In this document: piece after piece, positions 23,863 through 33,512 of the stretch
Layout: every line of letters starts with the position of its first letter
How positions within the stretch are numbered: the first letter of the stretch is position 1
From: an uncultured Planctomycetota bacterium
GTDB lineage: Bacteria; Planctomycetota; Planctomycetia; Isosphaerales; Isosphaeraceae
Assembly (NCBI GenBank): GCA_963845755.1
Contig: CAWJTV010000020.1
Span: 160,001-224,000, forward strand
Length of the DNA stretch: 64,000 nt
Direction: 5' to 3'
The notes under the pieces: generated by a model
Told to the model about the DNA's origin: nothing
Databases searched by the model: none
What the model saw: only the letters and a program-made list of their open reading frames with translations
Position numbers and translations under genes: made by a program

Positions 23863-24835
23863 TCACCCCACACCGCAGGCGGCGCGTGCGCGGTCGAGGA
23901 CGACGCGGGCGGTGGCGCGCGCCCGATCGGCGGCGGCGGCGCGGACCTCGGCGACGCGTTCGGGATGGGCCAGCCAGTCGGCACGTTGCTCGCGTGCCGG
24001 GGCGAACCGGGCGATCAGGTCCTCGGCCAGCCGGTTCTTCACTTCTCCGTAGCCGATACCCCCTTCGCGGTATCGCCTCTCGACCTCGGCCAGCTCGTCG
24101 GCCCCGGCGAACAGCTTGAAGAGGCCGAATAGCGAGCAGGTGTCCGGATTCTTGGGGGCTTCGACCGGCGTGCTGTCGGTCACGATCTTCTTGGCCTTCT
24201 TGCGGATCGTCGCCGGCTCGTCGAAGATGTCAATCGTATTATTGTAACTCTTGGACATCTTGCGGCCGTCCAGGCCCGGGACCACGGAGACCGACTCGAG
24301 GATATAGGGCTTGGGCAGCCGGAACACCTCTTGGCCGCCCCCGAAAACCCGGTTGAACCGCTCGGCGATGTCACGGGTGATCTCCAGGTGCTGCTTTTGA
24401 TCCTGGCCGACCGGCACGAGGTCGGCGTCGTAGAGCAGGATGTCGGCCGCCTGGAGCACCGGGTAGGCGAAGAGCCCGTGCTCGGCCGACAGGCCCTGCT
24501 CGACCTTGTCCTTGTAGCTGACGCATTTCTCCAACCAGCCCATCGGGGTCACAGTCGACAGCAGCCAGGCCAGCTCGGTCGTCTCCGGCACGTCGGACTG
24601 GACGAACAGCGTGGCCTTCTCCGGGTCGAGTCCTAGCGAGAGCATCGTGACGATCACGTCGAAGGTATACGCCCGGAGCAAGCCGGCATCCCGGACGCTC
24701 GTCAGCGCGTGGTAGTTGGCGACGAAGTAATAGGCGTCGTTCTCGCGCTGAAGGTCGATGAACTGCCGCAGCGCCTCCGAAATAATTGCCGATGTGGAGG
24801 GCACCCGAGGGCTGGATTCCCGACAGGACGCGCAT
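23863..24835 (-). CDS. trpS: Tryptophan--tRNA ligase (frameshift near 24780, likely sequencing error)
   Basis: MRVLSGIQPSG.LHIGNYFG (HIGH), YPVLQAADIL, VPVGQDQKQH, KMSKS. Confidence 0.95.
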
Positions 24836-25089
24836 GGTTCCGTGAACTCGCTGGATCGATCGAAGCGGAAGGAACTCGCCGGACCTCACCTCGAGTTGGC
24901 CGGCGCGGGCATCGGCGGTCCGCACCGCGATCCCGTGACGATGACACTGTACCAGGTTGCTCCGGGCACGGCCAAGTCGAGCAACACGCGGGTCGAAAGC
25001 TTACCTTGGCATGTCTGCCGGCCGATGCTAGGATCGAATCGGGATCGACCATCAACCGTCGACATGACTCCGTGGTAAAGGGAGACGCG

Positions 25090-25524
25090 ATGACCATCGA
25101 AGTTTACGAGGACCATGGCGTCCGCTTCGAGTTCCCCGCAGACTGGCAGATCGAGCTCTCGGAAGACGGCCCGGTGACGACTGTCGAGGTGCAGGCCCCG
25201 AGCGGCCTGGCCTTCGCCTGGGTCCGGGCCGACGAGTCGTGCCCCGACCCGGCCGGCGTCGCCGACGAGGTGCTCGGTGCCATGCGACAGGAGTACGCGG
25301 ACCTGGACGCCCACCCGGCTCTGGAGCCACTCCACGAACACGTCGTCACCGGCTACGACGTCGAGTTCTTTTCGCTCGACGTGACCAACGGGGCAACGAT
25401 CCGCTGCTTCCGCACCCCCCGCCGCACGGTGCTGGTCTTCGGCCAGTGGTCCGACCTCGGCGAAGAAGACCTGCCCGAACTCATCCGGGGCTTGTTCCAG
25501 TCGGTCGAGGAGATTGAGGAGTGA
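25090..25524 (+). CDS. Acidic hypothetical protein (possibly PsbP/Mog1-like fold)
   Basis: GGAG RBS, typical codon usage, GVRFEFPADW start motif. Confidence 0.65.
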   Translation: MTIEVYEDHGVRFEFPADWQIELSEDGPVTTVEVQAPSGLAFAWVRADESCPDPAGVADEVLGAMRQEYADLDAHPALEPLHEHVVTGYDVEFFSLDVTNGATIRCFRTPRRTVLVFGQWSDLGEEDLPELIRGLFQSVEEIEE

Positions 25525-25657
25525 GAAAACTCACAGGTGGGTTTCTCGGCCAATACTCTTCCTGAAGGAGGCTCATGTGAATCCTCCTCGGGCAAGTCCG
25601 AGGAGAACACGATCGGGAGATGATGGGGGACCGTCATCTTCCCGTTGGATTGACGGT

Positions 25658-26005
25658 CTACAAACCAGGACAGTATCGAATCGCACTCTCCACTCGGTTC
25701 ATTGCATGTCCAGCGAGCTAGCCGGCCGGGACGGGCGGAAAACGCCGAGGGTCGAGTGAACGGAACTGGAAGCCGAGGAACACGGTTTCCGTCGGCAATC
25801 CACTCTCAGTGGCCGAAAGGCGTACATTGGTCGGGTAATCCCGCGGTACGTTCTCGCCACGCGTACCCACAATAACCGTCACAACGAGGGGTCGGTTGTT
25901 GATAGCATCGATCGATAGAACGAGGACCGGCCTGCGGCCCGCCTGCTCAGGTCCCTGGACGGGATCCAGGTAGGCGAAGTAGATCTCGCCCTGTGGAATA
26001 CTCAT
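25658..26005 (-). pseudogene. PemK/MazF family toxin interrupted by an in-frame TAG at 25718-25720
   Basis: QGEIYFAYLDPVQGPEQAGRRPVLVLS..SGLPTET..QFRSLDP; the same frame continues after TAG as LAGHAMNRVESAIRYCPGL-stop. Confidence 0.75.
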
Positions 26006-26241
26006 GGAAGGGTTTCCAAGCCATCGGACTGGGTCATTGCGAATTCGGACTCGATTTCCCACAATTCACGCTGAATCGCTGGGTCACTCGCCATCTCTTC
26101 AAGTTCTCGCTCTCGAGGATCCGGAAAGGGCTGGGATTGCTCGCGAATGCGCCTCGCGAGATACTCCATGAGGCACAGTTGGTCGGAGAAGGGGAGCTGG
26201 TCCACGGCAGCTTCGATACGCAAGAGATCCGGACTGGTCAT
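26002..26241 (-). CDS. Putative antitoxin (79 aa), coupled by ATGA overlap to the MazF gene
   Basis: ATGA overlap; acidic C-terminus MASDPAIQRELWEIESEF..DGL. Confidence 0.65.
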   Translation of the reverse strand: MTSPDLLRIEAAVDQLPFSDQLCLMEYLARRIREQSQPFPDPRERELEEMASDPAIQRELWEIESEFAMTQSDGLETLP

Positions 26242-26359
26242 GGGACTCGCCCCTGATTGATGGTCAAACTCGTTCTAGCATCAAGCCGGAATTGAGCGAA
26301 GTCAATCGAGACTTCTCGCCCAATACCACCAGGACCGGGGCCGGCCGAAGCGGATCGTG

Positions 26360-26555
26360 GCCCCGAAGGGGTCAAACATACCAGCCCGGGGCAACGCCCC
26401 GGGACGGTGGCGACGATCACCCCGAGGGCAGCCCTGAAAGGGCGAAACAGACGAGGTCGGAGCCTTCGCCTGTGCCGCCCTTTCAGGGCTTGTTCATGGG
26501 GTTTTTCGGTTCCCGGGGCATTGCCCCGGGCTGATTTGTTTGGCCCCTTCGGGGC
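26360..26555. repeat. REPIN/BIME-like nested inverted repeat (196 bp)
   Basis: Arms 26360-26404 and 26511-26555 are near-perfect reverse complements; inner agccctgaaagggcg (26430-26444) pairs with cgccctttcagggct (26476-26490). Confidence 0.85.
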
Positions 26556-26587
26556 AAATCGTGGTGGCGTCCAGCGAGGAGTCTCAG

Positions 26588-29500
26588 TCAATCGATCTTC
26601 AAAGAGCCGGAGTGAACGGATGCCGGATCATGCGTTGTCTCATCCAGAAACGCCGCGATCCGGTCGAGTAGCTCATCGCCGCCGATGTCAATGATGTCGG
26701 TATGGCCGGCGTTGGGGACGTCCAGCCAGCGTGGAAGTGTGGAGAAGGACGCGGCCAGGCGCCGGGCCTCGGAAATCGGGACGATCCGATCCTCGGTCCC
26801 CTGGACGAGCAAGGTTGGGCAGGCGACGCGCGGGGCGGAATCGGTGGGTCGAGGGCGGTTCAAGGAGACGCCCGCGAGCTTGCCCGCGCGTCGGAGGACA
26901 AGCCGCGCCAGCAGCTTTGCGAAGGGGAGATGCCGTCTGCGCAAGGAGTCGGCCACCGAGACGTCGAGATCGACCATCGGAGACTCGATCACCAGGGCAC
27001 CGACTCGAGAGTCTTCGGCGGCGGCCCGCAGCGCAATCGCCGCGCCCATCGAACGGCCCCAGAGCGCGGGCCGCAACGGAGCGGGTGAGTCGTGGTTTGC
27101 CACGCGATCGGCCAGCGCGTCGAGCCAGATCCGGACGTCGCCGGCCTCACGTCCGCCGAACGACGCATAGAGCCCCTCGCTGTGTCCGTATCCCCGCAGA
27201 TCGACCGCCGCAACGTTCCAGCCGTGACGGTTCAGCATGGCTACGCGGCGCGCCTCCACCATCGATGAGTTCTCGGCGTACCCGTGGAGCAGCAGGACGG
27301 TCCGTCTGGTGGCCTCCGGTCCCGGCGCGGGATACCAGCGGCCCGCCAGCCTCGCTCCATCCGAGCCCCGGACCACGATCGGCTCGAAGTGGAGGCCGAG
27401 TGGCTGCGCCGCCGGATCGTCATCAGCGTCAACCCGTACGTGAGCCGATCGTGGCGGCACGACGAGCACCCAGGCACCAAACTCGACAACCGCCAGGATG
27501 CCGAACAGGATCGCCCCCAGGACCAACCCCGCAAGGACGATCGTGACGCGGAGCATTCCCGGCGAAGGACAGACGTTGACGGGCACGATCGGGAAGGTCC
27601 AGGGCGAACCTGACGTGCGGAACGAATGGTTCTCGTTCAATTGGACACCCGCTTTCTCCAGAAATCCCCGTGCGACGATCCCTTCCGGGGTCCATTGCAA
27701 ACGGATCGCGCCATCGCGCCAGGTCCTCCAGAGGAGAATGCTCTGCGGGCGCTCGAGAAAGGCCAGGGCGTCGTTGGAACCGAACGGCAAGGGGCGCTGA
27801 CTGACGACGACGCTCCGCGGGTTGGCCCATTGGTAGAGCGAGGCCGGGTTGGCCGACTTGCCACCGTGGTGGGGGGCCAGAAAGACGTCAGGCGGTGGAT
27901 CGGGATGGTGATGCGCGATCAGCTCGGTGAGTCCCATCTGCTCGAGGTCGCCGGTCAGTAGCAGGTGACGGCCGCAGTGAGCGACGTCGAGAACGAGGCT
28001 GTGGGCGTTGTCGGAAGCATCGGGAGACCAGTCGGACGGCGGATGCTGGATTGTGAATCGCACGCCGGCTGACTCCCATGCCGCGGGCGCCGAGGTCTCC
28101 TGGATACGGATGCCGCGGGATCGGACCTCCTGGATGAGTCGGACGGCCCTCGGGTTGGCTGGGCCGCCAAATCCCGGCGGGACTCGGACGGTTCCGATCG
28201 AGAACCGGTCGAGCAGATCGGGCAGGCCGTTGTAGTGGTCCTGGTCCGCGTGGCTGAGGATCAAAGTGTCGATCCGACCGATGCGGTGTGACCAGAGTGC
28301 CGGGGCGATGATCCGGCGCCCGACGCCCGGGTCCCCCATGCGCCCGCAATCGTAGAGCAAGGTCTGGCCGTCAGGCGTCCGGATGATGACGGCCAGTCCA
28401 TGACCGACGGCCAGCACCTCGGCCTCGGGGGTCGCGGCCTTCGATGGGATGACTGCCACGATCAAACCGGTCACGCTCCAGAAGGCCAGAAGCCACCATG
28501 GGCCGAGGCGCGCCAGCCCACCGACCCGCGACGATCGCGCGGCGGCTGTCGCTGAGATGGCGGCCCAGCCCAGCAGCCCATAGAAGACCAGGACCCATTC
28601 CGACGAAGGTCCGGCCGCGAACCGGTGTCCCCACGGCTGCGCGACGCCCCAGAGGACGACCGACTGCGTCACCTGGAGCAACCAGCCGGCGGTCGCGGTT
28701 GCTAGGCCGCCCAGCGGCCCCCATACCGCGGAGAGTCCCAGTCCCAGTCCACCGAAGAGCAGGGCCGCCGAGGTGATTGGGATCAGTGGGATGTTCAAAA
28801 GGATGCCAATCGGTGAAATGATGTGGAACCTCAGGGCGACCAGCGGCATCGCCGCCAGCCAGACCACGGTCGAGACGAGAATGCCCTCGATCAAACGGGC
28901 GCCCGCCCGACGAATCTTCGCGCGCCACCACGGCTCCAACCGTCGCTCCAATTCATCGAGCGCGGAACGGGGCCCGTACAGTCGGCTGCGAACGGCTGCC
29001 GTCGTCGACCAGAACCGCGTGCACGAGGGCGGCACCAGCCAGATGAGCGCGGCGATTGCCAGGAAGGAAAGCTGACATCCGACGTCGAAGAGGTAGACCG
29101 GATTGTAGGCAAGCGTACCCAGGGCGGCCAGGGCCAGAGTGTTGGCCGGCCGGGCTGTCCGGTCCGCGATGGCGGCCAGACAGAACATCACGGTCATGAC
29201 CGTGGAGCGCACGACGGAGGGTGCGGCCCCGACCATTGCCGCATAGCCGATGGTCAAGAGGCCGACGGTTAGATGAGCGGGCCGTCGGGGCAGACCGATC
29301 AATCGCGCGGCCACGAGCATCGCGACGGCCAGCACCTGCAAGTGCAGTCCCGAGATGGCCAGCAAGTGCGTCGTGCCGGTGCGGGCGAAGGCGTCATTGA
29401 CGGCGGGGTCGACCTCCTCGCGCTGGCCCAGCAGGAAGGCGGCGGCCAGCGGCTCGATCGTCGGGTCGAGCCGGTCGACCAGGTGAGACCGGCTCCAGTT

Positions 29501-30310
29501 CCGGAGCCTCCCCAGTGTTTCCACGAACGCCGCGGTTCGACCCTTGGGATCGCGATTCAGCCCATCCGGGCCGTCGACCGTCAGCCGCAGGTCGATCCCC
29601 TGGCCGCGGAGGTAGTCGCGATAATCGAACTCGCCCGGATTCAGCGGCCCCGACACCCTGGCGAGCTGACCGGCCGCCTCGATCGCTTCCCCGGCGCGAA
29701 TCTCGCCCCGATCGCCCGTCACGACCATCATCGCCCGGCCCGAGACCGACACCCAGCGCCGGCCATCGCTGATCGCTGTCAGGTCGACCACGAACCGGGT
29801 CCGCGACCGCGCCGGATCGCCCACCTCCGACACGAATCCCGATCCCCAGGCGCTTCGATCGTCGGTTCGTACGCCCAGGGCATCGTGGATTACTCCGCGG
29901 ACCCACGCCGATCGAGGCGTCTCCGTGATCGACCAGGAAACATCATTGCCATCCCGATCCCACCACCAAAAATGATGCCAGCCCCCCCCGATGCTCCAGA
30001 ATGCCGCGAGCAGCGTCAGGCTGCAAGCGACGTTGCGGCGAGCCGTCAACGCAGCAACCGCACCGCACGCGATGATCATGGTCGTCCAGGTATTCGTCGG
30101 CCACGGCGCGACGAATCGATCCGCGACGACGCCCAAGGACATCGCGGCGGCCAGGGGAGCCAGTGGCGACCACCGGAACGGAATGTCCTTCGATGCGGCA
30201 CGGATCGGATCCGAAGGGACGCCGACGCCACGGCCCCGATCAAGGGGTCCGCCGAGCGTCGGCCGGCTCGAGACCTCATTTCGGGAACGAATGGCTGCGA
30301 CGCCGCTCAC
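26588..30310 (-). CDS. comEC: ComEC/Rec2 DNA uptake protein fused to a C-terminal alpha/beta hydrolase
   Basis: NPGEFDY, TGTTHLLAISGLH, GCQLSF (Competence domain); SHADQDH, TGD, PHHG (MBL domain); then a TM helix and LLHGY, GRSMG, GTED, AGH; start position uncertain. Confidence 0.85.
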   Translation of the reverse strand: MSGVAAIRSRNEVSSRPTLGGPLDRGRGVGVPSDPIRAASKDIPFRWSPLAPLAAAMSLGVVADRFVAPWPTNTWTTMIIACGAVAALTARRNVACSLTLLAAFWSIGGGWHHFWWWDRDGNDVSWSITETPRSAWVRGVIHDALGVRTDDRSAWGSGFVSEVGDPARSRTRFVVDLTAISDGRRWVSVSGRAMMVVTGDRGEIRAGEAIEAAGQLARVSGPLNPGEFDYRDYLRGQGIDLRLTVDGPDGLNRDPKGRTAAFVETLGRLRNWSRSHLVDRLDPTIEPLAAAFLLGQREEVDPAVNDAFARTGTTHLLAISGLHLQVLAVAMLVAARLIGLPRRPAHLTVGLLTIGYAAMVGAAPSVVRSTVMTVMFCLAAIADRTARPANTLALAALGTLAYNPVYLFDVGCQLSFLAIAALIWLVPPSCTRFWSTTAAVRSRLYGPRSALDELERRLEPWWRAKIRRAGARLIEGILVSTVVWLAAMPLVALRFHIISPIGILLNIPLIPITSAALLFGGLGLGLSAVWGPLGGLATATAGWLLQVTQSVVLWGVAQPWGHRFAAGPSSEWVLVFYGLLGWAAISATAAARSSRVGGLARLGPWWLLAFWSVTGLIVAVIPSKAATPEAEVLAVGHGLAVIIRTPDGQTLLYDCGRMGDPGVGRRIIAPALWSHRIGRIDTLILSHADQDHYNGLPDLLDRFSIGTVRVPPGFGGPANPRAVRLIQEVRSRGIRIQETSAPAAWESAGVRFTIQHPPSDWSPDASDNAHSLVLDVAHCGRHLLLTGDLEQMGLTELIAHHHPDPPPDVFLAPHHGGKSANPASLYQWANPRSVVVSQRPLPFGSNDALAFLERPQSILLWRTWRDGAIRLQWTPEGIVARGFLEKAGVQLNENHSFRTSGSPWTFPIVPVNVCPSPGMLRVTIVLAGLVLGAILFGILAVVEFGAWVLVVPPRSAHVRVDADDDPAAQPLGLHFEPIVVRGSDGARLAGRWYPAPGPEATRRTVLLLHGYAENSSMVEARRVAMLNRHGWNVAAVDLRGYGHSEGLYASFGGREAGDVRIWLDALADRVANHDSPAPLRPALWGRSMGAAIALRAAAEDSRVGALVIESPMVDLDVSVADSLRRRHLPFAKLLARLVLRRAGKLAGVSLNRPRPTDSAPRVACPTLLVQGTEDRIVPISEARRLAASFSTLPRWLDVPNAGHTDIIDIGGDELLDRIAAFLDETTHDPASVHSGSLKID

Positions 30311-30616
30311 TGGCCGATCCTCGTCCGATGATGGATGTCACTCACACACGCGCAGCGTCGAGCGTAACATTCCTGGATAATGATGGGTAGGACCGAGGTC
30401 GTTTCCTGATCTTTCACCCGGCGGACCGACGAATTCGTACCAGCGTTTTGTCGGTGCCGACTGGACAGTAAGATACCGATCGGGGATTCTATCGTGGAGT
30501 GGACCCCGCGAGACGCGGGTGATTGGTCTCGACAATCGGCTCGTGTGGATTGAGGCGATCTCAAACAAAGACCTGGGAGTCGTCTCCCGGCCATCATCTG
30601 GGGAGTGGATTGAAAC

Positions 30617-31858
30617 ATGCAGTATCGATACCCCTGCGGCGGCATGAACCGTCGAACATTCCTGGCCGCCTCCGCCGCGTCGGTTCCCCTGATCTCAGGA
30701 GTCCCGCTCCTGGGTGCTACCCAGGGGGCGGCAGCCATCGGCAAGACGACCCATCATGGCGGCGATGGGAAGCCCCTCGGCAAATACGCGGCTCCTGGCT
30801 TGTATCCGGGCCGGGTCGTCGAGGTCAAGAATTCGCGGATGAGCCTCAATCGCACCCGGGATCGCCAGGCTATCAAGGCGTCGATGGATACCGGCATCAA
30901 GGCTCTGACCGGCGCGACCGATGCGGTCGAAGGCTGGAAGCACTTCTTCGAACCCGGCGATGTCGTTGGGATCAAAGTCGTGCCCAATGGGACCCCTCAT
31001 GCCCATTCCTCCCACGAGATTGTCCTCGAAGTCATCGAGAAGCTCAGGACGTGTGGGGTCAAGCCCAAGGACATCTTCGTCTACGACCGCTACCGTGACG
31101 AGTTCATGGACGCCGGCTACCACAAGATCCTTCCGGCGGACGTCCGATGGGGTGGCATCACGGCCGAGGGAGGCAACCAATTCCAGCTCGACTTCCCTTC
31201 ATTCCGCTCCGACCCCATCGCCGGGTACGATCACGATGCCTTCGTCTGGATGGACCTGGTCTTCTACGGCGACGATCCCAAGAATGAGAGCAAGTATCGT
31301 TCCCACCTCGGCAAGCTGGTCACCAAGACGCTCAACAAGATCGTGGCGATTCCGGTCCTGAAGGACCACGGCTCGGCGGGCGTGACCGGGGCCTTGAAGA
31401 ACATGAGCCACGGCTCGGTCAACAACGTGGCTCGCTCCCACAGCAACAGCTTTACGAACGTCTGCAACCAGTTCATCCCGCAGGTGGTCAGTCACCCGAT
31501 CATCCGCGACAAGTTCGTCCTCCAGATCATGGACGGAATCCGCGGCGTCTTCGAGAAGGGCCCGTATCACCCACCCTTCGAATGGACGTGGGAGTATAAC
31601 TCGATCTTCTTCGCGACCGATCCGGTGGCGATGGACCACATCGAGTGGGGCATCATCGACGCGAAGCGAAAGCTCGCGAACCTTCCGCCGGTCGCAGCGT
31701 CGGGGCGGACGGCACTCGACCCCAGGCAGTCCGAGGGCTTCGACGTTCGCCAACCTCAGCACATCGCCCTGGCGGGCGCTCTCGGACTCGGCTGGTTCGA
31801 CTTGAAGTCAGCGAGGGGCCGGCGCTACTCGATCGATCATCGGACGGTGACGGTCTGA
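30617..31858 (+). CDS. Tat-exported DUF362 domain protein
   Basis: NRRTFL Tat motif; VGIKV, PVLKDH..GVTGALKN, ATDPVAMD. Confidence 0.8.
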   Translation: MQYRYPCGGMNRRTFLAASAASVPLISGVPLLGATQGAAAIGKTTHHGGDGKPLGKYAAPGLYPGRVVEVKNSRMSLNRTRDRQAIKASMDTGIKALTGATDAVEGWKHFFEPGDVVGIKVVPNGTPHAHSSHEIVLEVIEKLRTCGVKPKDIFVYDRYRDEFMDAGYHKILPADVRWGGITAEGGNQFQLDFPSFRSDPIAGYDHDAFVWMDLVFYGDDPKNESKYRSHLGKLVTKTLNKIVAIPVLKDHGSAGVTGALKNMSHGSVNNVARSHSNSFTNVCNQFIPQVVSHPIIRDKFVLQIMDGIRGVFEKGPYHPPFEWTWEYNSIFFATDPVAMDHIEWGIIDAKRKLANLPPVAASGRTALDPRQSEGFDVRQPQHIALAGALGLGWFDLKSARGRRYSIDHRTVTV

Positions 31859-31866
31859 GCGGAGGA

Positions 31867-31960
31867 TGAGGTCGGGGGACACTCGGGATGGTCGGTGTTC
31901 GGCGGTCAGCACCCAGGCAGAAATGGATCGCTAACCTCTGAACACCGACCACCGACCTCA
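31867..31960. terminator. Inverted repeat between convergent genes (possible bidirectional terminator)
   Basis: tggtcggtgttc (31889-31900) / gaacaccgacca (31940-31951), plus outer tgaggtcgg / ccgacctca. Confidence 0.5.
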
Positions 31961-33385
31961 GCGGATGACCTTGCGGCTGAAGGCCACGATGAACAGGCCC
32001 CAGAGGAGGGTGCCGAAGAGTGATTCCACGATCAGCAAGACGTTCATAACCCCTCCACGAGCCACGTCTCGCAGGTCGCCGAATCCGGAGGTGAACGCAG
32101 CCACGCTGGTGGTCAGGCCGATCAGGATCCGGTTGGGAACGCTGTCGAGTGCACTATCGAACGGCGCATGGTCGACGTGCAACGAATTGACGCCGATCAT
32201 GTAGAACATCGCGAAGACCAGGATCATGACCAGGGCGGCGACCACGGCCCGCAAGGGGTTCGTCCCGTATCCACAGCCACGGTCCAGCAGCAGCCAGTCG
32301 AAGAACCGGGCCAGCTTGGTCCAGGGCCGTCGCCAAGAATGCGCGCGGGCTCGCCGCTGGTTGACCTTGAAACGGTAAAAAGCCCAGTCCTCCTCGTCGT
32401 AACGGTGTAGCCCCCCGAAGATCCGCTTCAGCAGTCCATACTCGGCCATCGCCTCGGCGTGATCGCCTGCGCGCTCGCTGACCAGGCGGCCCTCGAGCTG
32501 GTCGGTCCGGATCAGGAGCCGTTCGGCGACCGTGTTGTGGAAGGCGAAGCGCTGTTCGGGTCCTTGTTCGATACTTTCCAGGTAGACGAAGTCGTGGAGC
32601 TTGGCCTTGGACAGGTCGAGCAGGCCGTCAAACCGCGACCGATCGGCCTCCCACTTCTTGCAGACGGTCGAGCCGCGGAACAGGAACTCCTTGTCGAAAC
32701 GGCAGTTCGTCAGGACGAAACCTTGCTCGGCATGGAGGCTACGGAAATCGGCGCCCTCGGCGAACTGGACGTCGCAGAACTCGACCCAGCCGTCGAAGCG
32801 GGCCTCCCAGAACCCCACTCCCGCTTCGAAGCGCGAGTCGACGACGAGCGTCCGGCCCCGGGCCCGGATGTTCGCGCAACGCCATACGCCGCCGACCGTG
32901 ACCGATCGAATCAGTGGGTGGACGAGCGTCGAACCCCTGAGGTCCCAGCCCTTGGCGAAGGACGTGCGGCCGGCGGTCCGCAGCCGGTCGATCGTGCAGC
33001 TCCTCATCTCCACCTCGTCCAGGAATCGTGCCCGATCGAGCGAAGGCTGCACCAGCACGACGCGATCGAGCCGGACCGGCTTGGGGAACTCGCCCCTGAA
33101 CTTCAGCCGGTCGACTCGCACGTTGCGCAACGGCTCGCCTCGGCGCAGCCGCTCCACGGCTTCGGCCGCGGAGAGTGTCTCCAGGGGCTTGGTGGAGAGT
33201 CCCGGCTCGTCGTCGGCAAGCGCCGGGGCATCCTCGGGGACCATCAACAACTCGGGCTTGAGCGTCAAACCGCGTTGCTGGTCCGGTCCCATCTCGGTTC
33301 CCGTCGGCGAGCCCGCTTCGATCTCCGAGTTGGCCGAAGTTGCCACCATTTCGAACGAGTCGTCGCGATCCAGCGTGTTCATCAT
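31958..33385 (-). CDS. Pentapeptide-like repeat protein with C-terminal ion-channel-like TM-pore-TM module
   Basis: Repeated xxF/xxARF units; GYGTNPLR; TM helix; SVAAFTSGFGDL pore-like loop; TM helix ending FSRKVIR. Confidence 0.7.
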   Translation of the reverse strand: MMNTLDRDDSFEMVATSANSEIEAGSPTGTEMGPDQQRGLTLKPELLMVPEDAPALADDEPGLSTKPLETLSAAEAVERLRRGEPLRNVRVDRLKFRGEFPKPVRLDRVVLVQPSLDRARFLDEVEMRSCTIDRLRTAGRTSFAKGWDLRGSTLVHPLIRSVTVGGVWRCANIRARGRTLVVDSRFEAGVGFWEARFDGWVEFCDVQFAEGADFRSLHAEQGFVLTNCRFDKEFLFRGSTVCKKWEADRSRFDGLLDLSKAKLHDFVYLESIEQGPEQRFAFHNTVAERLLIRTDQLEGRLVSERAGDHAEAMAEYGLLKRIFGGLHRYDEEDWAFYRFKVNQRRARAHSWRRPWTKLARFFDWLLLDRGCGYGTNPLRAVVAALVMILVFAMFYMIGVNSLHVDHAPFDSALDSVPNRILIGLTTSVAAFTSGFGDLRDVARGGVMNVLLIVESLFGTLLWGLFIVAFSRKVIR

Positions 33386-33512
33386 GCTCCACCTCAGCCG
33401 AATTCCCAGGATTGACAGGACCGACCCGAGACCATAGACATCGAATCGCGCCGATGGGTTCAGGATCTCCGGCGAAACCTGCGATGCGTTTCATCCCGGA
33501 TTGCCGGCCCGA

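Noticed and set aside
24836..25089. T-box or Trp attenuator upstream of trpS
   Set aside because: No T-box consensus, Trp-rich leader peptide or terminator is evident.
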